Made by a program: the position numbers and the translations under genes
Assembly (NCBI GenBank): GCA_030390025.1
Contig: JASTWF010000336.1
Coordinates: 186,001-250,000 of the forward strand
From: Squalus acanthias
Taxonomy: Eukaryota
DNA: 64,000 nt
Reading direction: 5' to 3'
Shown: piece by piece, positions 44,110 to 54,511 of the stretch
Position numbering within the stretch: position 1 is the first letter of the stretch
How the letters are laid out: the number at the start of each line of letters is the position of its first letter
The notes under the pieces: generated by a model
What the model saw: only the letters and a program-made list of their open reading frames with translations
What the model was told of the DNA's origin: nothing
Database searches by the model: none

Positions 44110-47100
44110 ATGAAGATAACCATAGCCAGCCTCAACATCAACGGCAGCAGAGAGGCACGCCGTAGATTTAATAACTTCTCGTCCCTTCGGGAAGGGAGGC
44201 ATGCGGTGTGCTTCCTGCAGGAAACTCACACCGTTCCGGGAGACGAGGCCACGTGGCTCCTGGAGTGGCGAGGAGGGGTCAGCATGAGTCACCTCTCCAA
44301 CGTTTCCGGTGGGGTGGCTATCTTGCTGGCCCCGCATTTTCAGCCGGAGATCTTGGGGGTCAAGGAGCATGTGCCGGGCCGCTTGCTCCAGGTCACTGTT
44401 CGTCTGGGGGGCGTGCCGCTCCATTTAGTGAACGTGTACGCCCCCCAGCCCGGTGCGCAGCAAGTGCGCTTCTTCGATGAAGTGTCCGCTCTTCTGGGCA
44501 CCGTCGACGTCGGCGAGTGCATCATCCTCGGGGGGGATTTTAATTGTACCCTCGAGGCGAGGGACCGTTCGGGCCCTCCGCGAAGCCTGACGGCGACGGT
44601 GAAGTTGAGGGACCTGGTCGGGTCCTTCGACTTGGTGGACGTCTGGCGAAATCTCCATCCCGACTCCAGCGCCTTCACTTGGGTGGGGTCTGGAGGAGGA
44701 AGGTCCAGAATCGACCGCCTTTATATTTCCCGGGCGTACGTCTCCTGCGTTCCGGCGGCTTCCATGCGGCCGGTGCCGTGCACGGACCACCACCTGGTGT
44801 GGGCGGAGCTCGCTCCGTTGCAGGCGCCGGGGGGGTCCGCGTACTGGCATTTTAACAACCTGCTGCTGGAGGACGTGCGGTTCCGGGATTCGTTTCGCCG
44901 GTTCTGGGCCGACTGGAGAAGGAAGCAGGGGGGCTTCCCCTCCTTGAGGCTATGGTGGGACGTGGGCAAGGCTCACGTCCGTCTCTTCTGTCAGGAGTAC
45001 GCGAAGGGGTCGACCAAGAGGCGGGAGGCCCGGGTCGGGCGATTGGAGAAAGAAGTGCTCGACCTGGAGTCCCGTCTCGGTCAAGTCGTCGAAGACCCGG
45101 CCCTGCGGAAGGTGTACGAAGAGAAGAAGGGCGCGCTGAAGGACCTGCAGCTGGTCGGGTCCCGAGGCGCGTACGTGAGGTCGCGGATCCAGTTCCTGCG
45201 GGACCTGGACCGCGGCTCCCCCTTCTTCTACTCGCTGGAAAAAAGACGAGGGGTCCGTAAGCAGCTCTTGGGGCTGCTGGCCGACGACGGATCTCTGGTC
45301 TCGGATCCGGAGGGGATCAGCGCGGGGACCCGGGCCTATTACGGGGCTCTGTTCTCTCCGGATCCGTCCAGCGAGGATGCGCGCAGAGTTTTGTGGGAGG
45401 ACCTGCCGAAGGTCGGCCCGGAGGGCGCCGAAGAATTGGACGCTCCGCTAAGTTTGGCGGAGCTGACCGGCGCCCTGCGCCAGCTCTCGAGGGGAAAGTC
45501 CCCGGGGCTGGACGGGCTGACCGTGGAGTTCCACAGGGCGTTCTGGGACGTCTTGGGGGGCGACTACGCGCGGGTCCTGGGGGAAAGTCTGGCGACCGGG
45601 GAGATGCCCCTCTCTTGGCGCAGGGCGGTTATCGTCCTGCTGTCCAAGAGGGGTGATCTCCGCCTTTTAAAAAACTGGCGCCCGGTCTCCCTCCTCAGCA
45701 CGGACTATAAAATTTTTGCCAGGGCCATGTCTGCCCGCCTCGGCACCGTGCTGGCCCACATGATCCACCCCGACCAGTCCTACACGGTCCCGGGCCGGAC
45801 AATCCACGACAACATCCATCTGGTCCGGGACCTGGTCCACCTTTCCCAGAGGGCTGGTCTGTCGGTCGCCTTCCTTTCCCTGGATCAGGAGAAGGCGTTC
45901 GACAGGGTGGATCACGAGTATCTCTTCGGGACTCTGCGCGCATTCGGGTTCGGGACGCATTTCGTCACCCGGATCCGACTTCTGTACGCCGCCGCGGAGT
46001 GTCTCATTAAAGTTAACGGGTCTTTGACGGCGCCCCTTCGCTTCGGGAGGGGGGTGCGTCAGGGATGCCCCATGTCCGGTCAGTTATATGCCGTTTGCGT
46101 GGAGCCTTTCCTGCGCCTCTTGCGGAAGAGGTTGACGGGACTGGCTCTGCAAGGGCCGGGCGTGGAGGTCGTCCTCTCGGCTTACGCCGATGACGTGCTC
46201 CTCATGGTCACGGATCCCGTCGACCTGCGGAGGATGCGAGAATGCCAGCAGATTTACTCGGACGCATCCTCCGCCAGGATCAACTGGGAGAAATGTTCTG
46301 GACTCCTGGTGGGCCAGTGGCGGGTGGACTCCCTGCCGGAGGAGTTCAGGCCCTTTGCCTGGAGCACAACACACCTCCTCTACTTGGGAGTCTACCTCAG
46401 CCCTGCCGAGGACACCTGGCCGGCGAACTGGCAAGAGCTGGAGGCCAAGGTCACCGCTCGCCTAGGACGCTGGACGGGGTTGCTCCGAGTGTTGTCCTAC
46501 AGGGGTCGAGCGCTGGTCATAAACCAGCTGGTGGCCGCCATGTTGTGGTACCGGTTGGTCACTTTGATCCCTCCCCCTGCGTTTGTCGCCAAGATACAGA
46601 AGATGCTCATCGACTTCTTCTGGGACAAAAGGAAGCACTGGGTCTCTGCCGCGGTTCTGTGTCTCCCGCTTAGGGAGGGCGGTCAGGCGCTGGTGTGCCT
46701 TCGCACCCAGGCGGCGACTTTCCGTCTTCAGACGCTGCAGAGGTACCTTTACGTCGAGAATCCTCCCAGATGGTGTGCGCTGGCGACATATTTCTTCCGC
46801 CAGATGCACGGCCTCAACTACGACACGCAGCTCCTGTTTGTGGAATTGGGCCGCACGCGAGCCTACCTGTGGGAGCTGCCTGTCTTTTACCAGGAACTGC
46901 TATGGGTCTGGAACCAGGTCGCCTCCAGGCGGAGTTCTCCCCCGTCAGGAGTGGCGGCTCTCCTTCGGGAGCCGCTGTTCAGGAATCCGCACCTCCACGT
47001 CCGACGGATCGGCTGGCTGGCGGAGGGCAGGGCTGTGCCAGGCAAGGTGACCAGAGTCAGGGACCTGCTCGATGGCGGAGGAGCGGGCTGGATGGCGCCA

Positions 47101-48009
47101 GAGGAGTTGGCGCGGCGCCTCTCCTGGACAGACGTCTGGCGCGCGGCCAAAGCCATCGAGTTGCTGAAAGTGGCACTGGGCCCGGACTCCACTAGGTGTA
47201 TCGAGGAGGCTCAAGCACGTGGGGCGATCCCGTCCGAACTGACCTCCGTTCGGACGGAATTCCTCATCGGCGCACGGCCCCGAAACCCCTCTCGGGAACC
47301 GGCGCCTCACAACTTGAGCCGTCTCGGGGAAATGCCCTCCGTGCCCTTCAGTTCTGCACGGAGGGGTTTCCTGTACGGGCTGCTCCTGCACACTTTCCAC
47401 TTTGTCATCTTCGCCTGCCGTCCGGACACGCCTTGGCGTGCCATCTTGCCGTCCGGCGGAGGCGAAGGTCCCCAATGGAGGGCTCTCTATGCGGGAGTAC
47501 TCCCCTTTTCTATTGGGGACATGGCCTGGAGGGTGTTGCACGGAGCAGTCCCGTGCAATCGGTTTTTAAGTAGGTTCACGGACTCCCAGGCCGCCTGTCT
47601 TTTTTGCGGCCTCGAGGAGTCCGTGTTCCACGTTTATGTGGAATGCGAGAGGTTGCAGCCCCTCTTTGAATATTTGAAGGGGCTGCTCCTCGCTTTTTGG
47701 TTGCACTTCAGTCCCACGCTCCTGATCTACGGTCACCCGGTGCGGAGGGGAGAGAGCAGGTCGGAGGACCTCCTCGTAGGACTGCTCCTGGGCCTGGCCA
47801 AAGTGGCCATTAACAGGTCCAGGCAGCGGGCGGTCGAGGGGGTCGTTCGGCCCAATTGCCTGCCTCTCTTCCGCGGCTATGTTCGCGCCCGGGTGGCCCT
47901 GGAGATGGAGCATGCGGTGTCCGCCGGCACACTTGAAGCCTTCCGAGACCGGTGGGCGCCGCAGGGACTGGAGTGCATCGTTTCCCCGGGAAATGCTATT
48001 TTAATTTAA
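44110..48009 (+). CDS. Unit 4 ORF2, intact
   Basis: Same motifs as unit 1. Confidence 0.95.
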   Translation: MKITIASLNINGSREARRRFNNFSSLREGRHAVCFLQETHTVPGDEATWLLEWRGGVSMSHLSNVSGGVAILLAPHFQPEILGVKEHVPGRLLQVTVRLGGVPLHLVNVYAPQPGAQQVRFFDEVSALLGTVDVGECIILGGDFNCTLEARDRSGPPRSLTATVKLRDLVGSFDLVDVWRNLHPDSSAFTWVGSGGGRSRIDRLYISRAYVSCVPAASMRPVPCTDHHLVWAELAPLQAPGGSAYWHFNNLLLEDVRFRDSFRRFWADWRRKQGGFPSLRLWWDVGKAHVRLFCQEYAKGSTKRREARVGRLEKEVLDLESRLGQVVEDPALRKVYEEKKGALKDLQLVGSRGAYVRSRIQFLRDLDRGSPFFYSLEKRRGVRKQLLGLLADDGSLVSDPEGISAGTRAYYGALFSPDPSSEDARRVLWEDLPKVGPEGAEELDAPLSLAELTGALRQLSRGKSPGLDGLTVEFHRAFWDVLGGDYARVLGESLATGEMPLSWRRAVIVLLSKRGDLRLLKNWRPVSLLSTDYKIFARAMSARLGTVLAHMIHPDQSYTVPGRTIHDNIHLVRDLVHLSQRAGLSVAFLSLDQEKAFDRVDHEYLFGTLRAFGFGTHFVTRIRLLYAAAECLIKVNGSLTAPLRFGRGVRQGCPMSGQLYAVCVEPFLRLLRKRLTGLALQGPGVEVVLSAYADDVLLMVTDPVDLRRMRECQQIYSDASSARINWEKCSGLLVGQWRVDSLPEEFRPFAWSTTHLLYLGVYLSPAEDTWPANWQELEAKVTARLGRWTGLLRVLSYRGRALVINQLVAAMLWYRLVTLIPPPAFVAKIQKMLIDFFWDKRKHWVSAAVLCLPLREGGQALVCLRTQAATFRLQTLQRYLYVENPPRWCALATYFFRQMHGLNYDTQLLFVELGRTRAYLWELPVFYQELLWVWNQVASRRSSPPSGVAALLREPLFRNPHLHVRRIGWLAEGRAVPGKVTRVRDLLDGGGAGWMAPEELARRLSWTDVWRAAKAIELLKVALGPDSTRCIEEAQARGAIPSELTSVRTEFLIGARPRNPSREPAPHNLSRLGEMPSVPFSSARRGFLYGLLLHTFHFVIFACRPDTPWRAILPSGGGEGPQWRALYAGVLPFSIGDMAWRVLHGAVPCNRFLSRFTDSQAACLFCGLEESVFHVYVECERLQPLFEYLKGLLLAFWLHFSPTLLIYGHPVRRGESRSEDLLVGLLLGLAKVAINRSRQRAVEGVVRPNCLPLFRGYVRARVALEMEHAVSAGTLEAFRDRWAPQGLECIVSPGNAILI

Positions 48010-48031
48010 TGCACTCCAAGTTGTCCGCTTC

Positions 48032-48270
48032 GCAGAAGGCTCAAGGTGGAAGACCCGGAGGAGAGTGGCCTGGGTGGGAGGCCCAGCACGGAGAACCCCA
48101 GGCGGGGGGCCCAGGGCGGGGCGGCTGGTCGGCAGAGGTGGAGTCAGGAGATGCGGTTGCTTCACCCCGGGTGCTCGTGGGGAATGCCGGTGCGGAGGGT
48201 CCGGTGCAGAAGGCCCAAGGTGGAAGACCCAGAGGAGAGTGGCCTGGGCGGGAGGCCCAGCACGGAGAAC
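48032..48270 (+). repeat. 174-bp tandem repeat, about 1.4 copies
   Basis: Same unit. Confidence 0.9.
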
Positions 48271-49600
48271 AATTGAGTGGATGGTCGGGTGGGTGGTGCC
48301 AGTGGGACTGGCGCGGAACAGGTTTCTTGGGTTATTGGAGTGGATGTTATATGTGGCATTTAGTTGGATTGTGATGGTGCTATGTGTTTGTACACTGTGG
48401 TGTTGAAATGGGTTGTTTTATGTGGAGTTAAGTGAGATGTATTATTTTAATATAAAAAAAAGTGTGGTATTGTTTGGGGGTATTTGTACTGTATTTTGAT
48501 GGATGAATGTAATGGTTTTACTATGTAATTTGTATTATTGGTTTGAATAAAAGATTCACCCCGAGTGCGGCCCCAGGCCCCATTATTCGGACACCCAGGC
48601 GAGGACAGACGGAGGCAGAGGCTGAGGCTGCGAGGGACTCAGCTCAACTTGGTGCTACGTGAACGGGTGAGCGCCGTTTGCTGAGAAGAGGAGGGGAAAG
48701 GAGAGGTCTCTTTTCTCTGTGCCTAGAAGGAGAAGGAGCCACGAAGGACAGAGTGGAGACCTTTCCACCTCCACCACGCCTGCAGCTACAGCTACAACCA
48801 CGACTGCTGCTGAGGTGAGAGAGGAGAGGAGAGGAGAGGAGAGAGAGGAGACCAGCAACAACAGAGGGAAGCCTTTCCATCACTGCCTCCCCAACTGGTC
48901 TCCATTTCGAGAGAGGGAGAGAGGGGAGAACAAGACCAACATCTGCTTGGAAGGAGGGAGAGCGAGCCATCGAGAAGGAAAACAACATCGAGAGGTGGGT
49001 GTTAAAAAGGGCACTCTCCAAAAGACTTTGTATTTGAGGTGGGGGGAGGAAAGAAGAAGGAGAAGACCGGGATAGCAAGGGGAGTGTGTGTGGCTCTTGC
49101 TAACAACTCGGCCACACACACCATCAACAAGCACCCCTTGCCTATTGCTTCACATTTTAGAACATTGTTAAGACCTGGTTGTAGACTGAGCCTGGGCATC
49201 TCCAGCTTTATTTTTTCCCAGGTGAAGACATCTTCTCCCCCCACCAGAAGAACATCAACAAAGACTTGTATTACATCGGAGAGTGCACCCCCCCCCAGGA
49301 GGCACCCACCCACCCACTATCCTGAGTGGCGAATAGGCCCGTGCGGCTTTCCTCCTTCCCACCCCCTCTCTCTCTCTCTCTCTGCCTCTCTCTAACGAGG
49401 CACCTCAAACCTTATTTATTACCCAATTGAGCAGAGGGGAGAAGGCCACTCCCAATTCCAATCATAAAAGGGAGAGGTGTGCCTTCTTTTTCTCAAAACA
49501 ACCCCCTCTGCTCGGGGGAAAAGACAAAAAAACCCAAGGCCACTTAAACATCACCCGGCCTGTGACTTGGGGTGGGTGTAGCCCTTTATACCACCTCAGT

Positions 49601-51688
49601 ATGGCGAGCACATCTTCGCCGGCGGCGGGGCAAGCAAGGTCGTACGCGGGTGTGGCAGCCACGGCCACAGCTGGTCCCGCTGCTTCTGCTGCCCCGTCAC
49701 CTTTCAGGCTATTGACAAAAAAGCTGGGGGTGAAGAGCTACACTCACCCCAACATGACCATAGAGGCTTGCGTCAAAGCCATGGCTGGGGTAGTCGGCCC
49801 CTCAGCCATCGTTGCGGCCTCTAAAATGTACGGTAAGGCTGTGTTCTTCCTGCGGTCGGAGCGGGCGGTGTCCCTGGCCGTCACCGAGGGGCTCACCGTG
49901 GGCGGGACCTTCCTGCCGGTGGATCCGCTCGAGGCCACCGAGCAGCGACTCATACTATCGAATGTCCCGCCCTTTGTTCCGGTTGAGCTCCTCCTCCCCC
50001 ACCTACGTCAACTGGGGGAGGTGAGGTCGGGGATTAATCCGATCCCGCTCGGCTGCAGGGAGGCCAGCCTCCGGCACGTCTTCTCCTTCCGGCGCCAGCT
50101 GTTTATCCAGCTGGCACGGGAGGAAGACACGGAAGGCGCATTTAGCATAACACACGAGGGGACCGCCTACCGCGTCTTCTGGACGTCGGACGGTGTGCGG
50201 TGCCACGCCTGTAAGGAGGTGGGGCACATAAGAAAGAACTGCCCCGCCTCCAAGGCCGCCAAAGCATCTGAGGCGGCCAAGGCTGGTGCCGCCGCCGCTC
50301 CTCCCCCTGTTTCTGTCCGCGCGTCTGCGACACCCGATGCGCGGTCGACGCCGGAGGTCAACGCCGTCGCGGCCTCCGGCGAAGGGGAGGGGGAGCGTCC
50401 GAGTGGAAGGAAGGCGCGGAGGAAAAGCAAACACCTTCAGGCGGGTCCCCTTCACATATATGATGACTTACCCGAGCTTACGCCCCTACACCTTGCGCGG
50501 GTGGCGGCGGAGTTCGAGAATGCGAGGGACCTTGTGCCCGGGCCTGCGGCCGCATCCGCCAAGGCGGCAAAATCGAGACCTGCGGCCGTGACCGGGCCTG
50601 GGACCCCCGAGCAGACCGATCGACAGGGGGGAGCGGAGGTGGAGGCCTCGGTATGCATGGAGGTCTCCCAACCTTCGTGTCCCTCCTCTTCGAAAAGGAG
50701 GCGCGACATCCTGGATGAGGGGGAGGACCACGAGGAACGGGGTCCCCCCTCGCAAGGGGAGTCGTGGCCCGCCGCGGGGGCTGCGCCCCCCCCCACCGAC
50801 ACCATCACCGACATCCGGCAGGGGCCGCCTGTCCCCCGGGAGGGCATGACAGATGAGTCTGTCCAGCCTGTGCCTCCCGGGGATGGGGGAGAGGCCCTGC
50901 TCATGGGGGGGGCCGCGGAACTACCCGCGGTGGGGAGTTACGCTGATCCGTTGTTTCTCGCCAGGTCGGGCATCCTGGGGACCGGGGCGGGCGAGGCCGA
51001 TGAGGCAGAGCCCGCCGTGTACGGTCAGGACCACTCCCAGGCACTGCTCGACCTGGTTGAGCAATATAACCAGGGTACCTGGTCCGCTGGGTCGGAGGAT
51101 GGTGGCGGTGAAGGGGAAGGCCCCCTGACTCCGTCTGCGACGCTGGCGCCGGGGTTGTTGAGGGAACTGGCACTAATGTGCTCCCCGGTTTCCCTGTGCA
51201 CCCCGGAGCCGGGGGCGGAGGGGGGCCCCGAGCCGCCGCCGCTTCCTGACCTGGCGCCTCTGGAGGAGCCCAGGGAGGACTCCTCTGCTGCCGATCCTGG
51301 GGGTGGGATCGGGGCAGAGGTAGGGCTGGCCGATGGCGACCCCCCGGAGGAGGACGGGGACCCGGCGGAGGACACTGAGGATGATATGGAATCCGTCGCC
51401 AGTGAGGCGGCGGATGCCCTCGTGCCCTCCTCCGGGTCCCCCCTCATCCCCGTTGTGGAACTCCGGGACTTTGTGGCCATGGGCCAGGGTCGCCAGGATA
51501 TAATCCGGCTGGCCATCGATAAATGGTCGGATCTGGCGCTGCTCGTTTGCTCCGTCCGCGCCGCAGTCAAAACCATGGGCGCGGACGGGGGCGTGGGCCT
51601 GGCCGAGCGGCGTCGGATCCAGAATTTCCTCGCTGGGCTTGGAAGGGAGTGGCGGTCGACTAGCGGCCGCGCTCCCTCCTCCCGTTAG
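49601..51688 (+). CDS. Unit 5 ORF1, intact (695 aa)
   Basis: Open reading frame with CCHC knuckle. Confidence 0.9.
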   Translation: MASTSSPAAGQARSYAGVAATATAGPAASAAPSPFRLLTKKLGVKSYTHPNMTIEACVKAMAGVVGPSAIVAASKMYGKAVFFLRSERAVSLAVTEGLTVGGTFLPVDPLEATEQRLILSNVPPFVPVELLLPHLRQLGEVRSGINPIPLGCREASLRHVFSFRRQLFIQLAREEDTEGAFSITHEGTAYRVFWTSDGVRCHACKEVGHIRKNCPASKAAKASEAAKAGAAAAPPPVSVRASATPDARSTPEVNAVAASGEGEGERPSGRKARRKSKHLQAGPLHIYDDLPELTPLHLARVAAEFENARDLVPGPAAASAKAAKSRPAAVTGPGTPEQTDRQGGAEVEASVCMEVSQPSCPSSSKRRRDILDEGEDHEERGPPSQGESWPAAGAAPPPTDTITDIRQGPPVPREGMTDESVQPVPPGDGGEALLMGGAAELPAVGSYADPLFLARSGILGTGAGEADEAEPAVYGQDHSQALLDLVEQYNQGTWSAGSEDGGGEGEGPLTPSATLAPGLLRELALMCSPVSLCTPEPGAEGGPEPPPLPDLAPLEEPREDSSAADPGGGIGAEVGLADGDPPEEDGDPAEDTEDDMESVASEAADALVPSSGSPLIPVVELRDFVAMGQGRQDIIRLAIDKWSDLALLVCSVRAAVKTMGADGGVGLAERRRIQNFLAGLGREWRSTSGRAPSSR

Positions 51689-52883
51689 AGTAAGGTAGAG
51701 GTTGCACTATGCTCTTGTCATGAAGATAACCATAGCCAGCCTCAACATCAACGGCAGCAGAGAGGCACGCCGTAGATTTAATAACTTCTCGTCCCTTCGG
51801 GAAGGGAGGCATGCGGTGTGCTTCCTGCAGGAAACTCACACCGTTCCGGGAGACGAGGCCACGTGGCTCCTGGAGTGGCGAGGAGGGGTCAGCATGAGTC
51901 ACCTCTCCAACGTTTCCGGTGGGGTGGCTATCTTGCTGGCCCCGCATTTTCAGCCGGAGATCTTGGGGGTCAAGGAGCATGTGCTGGGCCGCTTGCTCCA
52001 GGTCACTGTTCGTCTGGGGGGCGTGCCGCTCCATTTAGTGAACGTGTACGCCCCCCAGCCCGGTGCGCAGCAAGTGCGCTTCTTCGATGAAGTGTCCGCT
52101 CTTCTGGGCACCGTCGACGTCGGCGAGTGCATCATCCTCGGGGGGGATTTTAATTGTACCCTCGAGGCGAGGGACCGTTCGGGCCCTCCGCGAAGCCTGA
52201 CGGCGACGGTGAAGTTGAGGGACCTGGTCGGGTCCTTCGACTTGGTGGACGTCTGGCGAAATCTCCATCCCGACTCCAGCGCCTTCACTTGGGTGGGGTC
52301 TGGAGGAGGAAGGTCTAGAATCGACCGCCTTTATATTTCCCGGGCGTACGTCTCCTGCGTTCCGGCGGCTTCCATGCGGCCAGTGCCGTGCACGGACCAC
52401 CACCTGGTGTGGGCGGAGCTCGCTCCGTTGCAGGCGCCGGGGGGGTCCGCGTACTGGCATTTTAACAACCTGCTGCTGGAGGACGTGCGGTTCCGGGATT
52501 CGTTTCGCCGGTTCTGGGCCGACTGGAGAAGGAAGCAGGGGGGCTTCCCCTCCTTGAGGCTATGGTGGGACGTGGGCAAGGCTCACGTCCGTCTTTCTGT
52601 CAGGAGTACGCGAAGGGGTCGACCAAGAGGCGGGAGGCCCGGGTCGGGCGATTGGAGAAAGAAGTGCTCGACCTGGAGTCCCGTCTCGGTCAAGTCGTCG
52701 AAGACCCGGCCCTGCGGAAGGTGTACGAAGAGAAGAAGGGCGCGCTGAAGGACCTGCAGCTGGTCGGGTCCCGAGGCGCGTACGTGAGGTCGCGGATCCA
52801 GTTCCTGCGGGACCTGGACCGCGGCTCCCCCTTCTTCTACTCGCTGGAAAAAAGACGAGGGGTCCGTAAGCAGCTCTTGGGGC

Positions 52884-54507
52884 TGTAGAATTCGCAATTA
52901 TCGCGATTTCATTTTAATAAGGAGAGAACACAAGTTTCGTTCAAAAACAGCTTTTATTTCAGCGGAATGCTGTCAGGTTTAAATTGGACACAAGCAGCCT
53001 GTAAAATGGCCGCCGCACCGCGTGACAGAACATTCGAGACTTTTCAGCAGGCAGACAAGATGGCGTTCCAATAAACATTTTTTTGCAGGATCGATAACGA
53101 TTCAGCACAGTGAAGACAATACACAGGACATTATGGGTTTACAGTATAAACATCGATACTGGAATCGGTCTCCCAGGTACAAAGGAAAGCCATCAAGGGC
53201 CCATCCAAAGGACATTAATATGTAAACTCCCAACGGCTCTACGATGAGAGAGCCGTTAGCAGGTAGTTATACAGGACACTTGGAAGCCCCAAACCCCTCC
53301 AGGGGGAACACCGACCGATTTAACAATGGGAGAAATATTAGCAGGTACTCAAACATTCAGGAGTAGCCCCGAAACCCATTAAGGACAGAGATCACCCATA
53401 CAGGACATTTTGGGCGCCAAACCTTAAACAAAAGAATGGACATTGTAGTTGGGCGGGAAACGGAAGAACTGTGCACTATAATTGCAGGCCCAAACCGTCC
53501 ATTCGCTCTCTTGCGCTTGCTCTTTTGCTCTTGACTCTTGCCGCTTGCTGCTGTTATCATCGTGGCTGCTCCTGTGTTTTATCCGGTCGATTCGTAACCT
53601 CGTGGCTGCTCCTGGGTAAAAGACTGTTGCAAAGACCTATGTTGGTAGCTGGCAGCGGAACCGAAGGCCCGGGATGAGATGAGATGAGATGAGAGGAGAA
53701 GAGAAGAAGACCTTATCCATCGCCACGGTCAGTAAATCCCGACCGCGCCTGTAGGTCGATCAGCCAAGTCTTCTCGACAGGAAGTTTTCTTCTTTAACAA
53801 GACATATTGCATCGACGATAACTGGACTGTGCAAACACATCGTATCAGTGATATTGACAACGGTGCTCCTCGACTAAACTGTAAAGTCCACCAACAGAGG
53901 TCTTCACTACAGCGGACGGTCCAGCCGACTGACCGAGCAGCAGAAGCAGTAAACAAGTGGGACCAGGAGATCTCCTGACCAACACGTGGGTGCTGCGGTG
54001 AAAAACATCCGATCAGCTATTCGGGATTTCTCCGAGTTATTACGAGTGGTGAGCATGAGTCTCGGGATCCTACGAAGCTAGTTTTAGGATAGTTATTGAT
54101 AGGGGAGGGTTTAAAGTTTAAGGATATTTGTAATGTGTGCCCTATTTACGTTGTGCTGGTCGTTCCTCGTTTCCCTAAGAGTGATTATAACTGTTTGTAA
54201 GATTGTACTGTCATTAATCTGTGCATATGACATGTATTTCATAATTTTAAGTATCATGCAATAAAGATTTTCCATTTCGTACCGTTCAAACCAAGTCTAC
54301 ATGAGTTTTATCTCCATTACTGCTCTCGCATCTAAGTCCAGTGTCTAGAACCGTAAGGGAGAGTGATTCGAACCACTCACAGGGGTGTCTAGTGTTCCCA
54401 GACTGGCTGGAGACCAGGCCTAGACCCGCACTGACATACAGGCTGCACAGAGCCGCGTGAACCTCACAGGCTACGAGACACGCAGGGTCAGGAGAGGATC
54501 CCTTACA
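52884..54507 (+). repeat. 5' LTR (1624 bp)
   Basis: TGTAGAA...CTTACA; TATAA 53477-53481; AATAAA 54260-54265. Confidence 0.97.
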
Positions 54508-54511
54508 GAAA

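Larger units (their letters stand above)
40973..48556 (+). mobile_element. Tx1 subfamily A, array unit 4
   Basis: Same architecture; shares diagnostic variants with unit 5. Confidence 0.9.

Noticed and set aside
10118..52460. Hundreds of short overlapping and antisense ORFs within the Tx1 copies
   Set aside because: Shadow frames of GC-rich coding sequence; they recur only because the units are near-identical
53022..53956. Small ORFs inside the LTRs as accessory genes
   Set aside because: Short, non-ATG starts, no motifs; duplicated only because the LTR is
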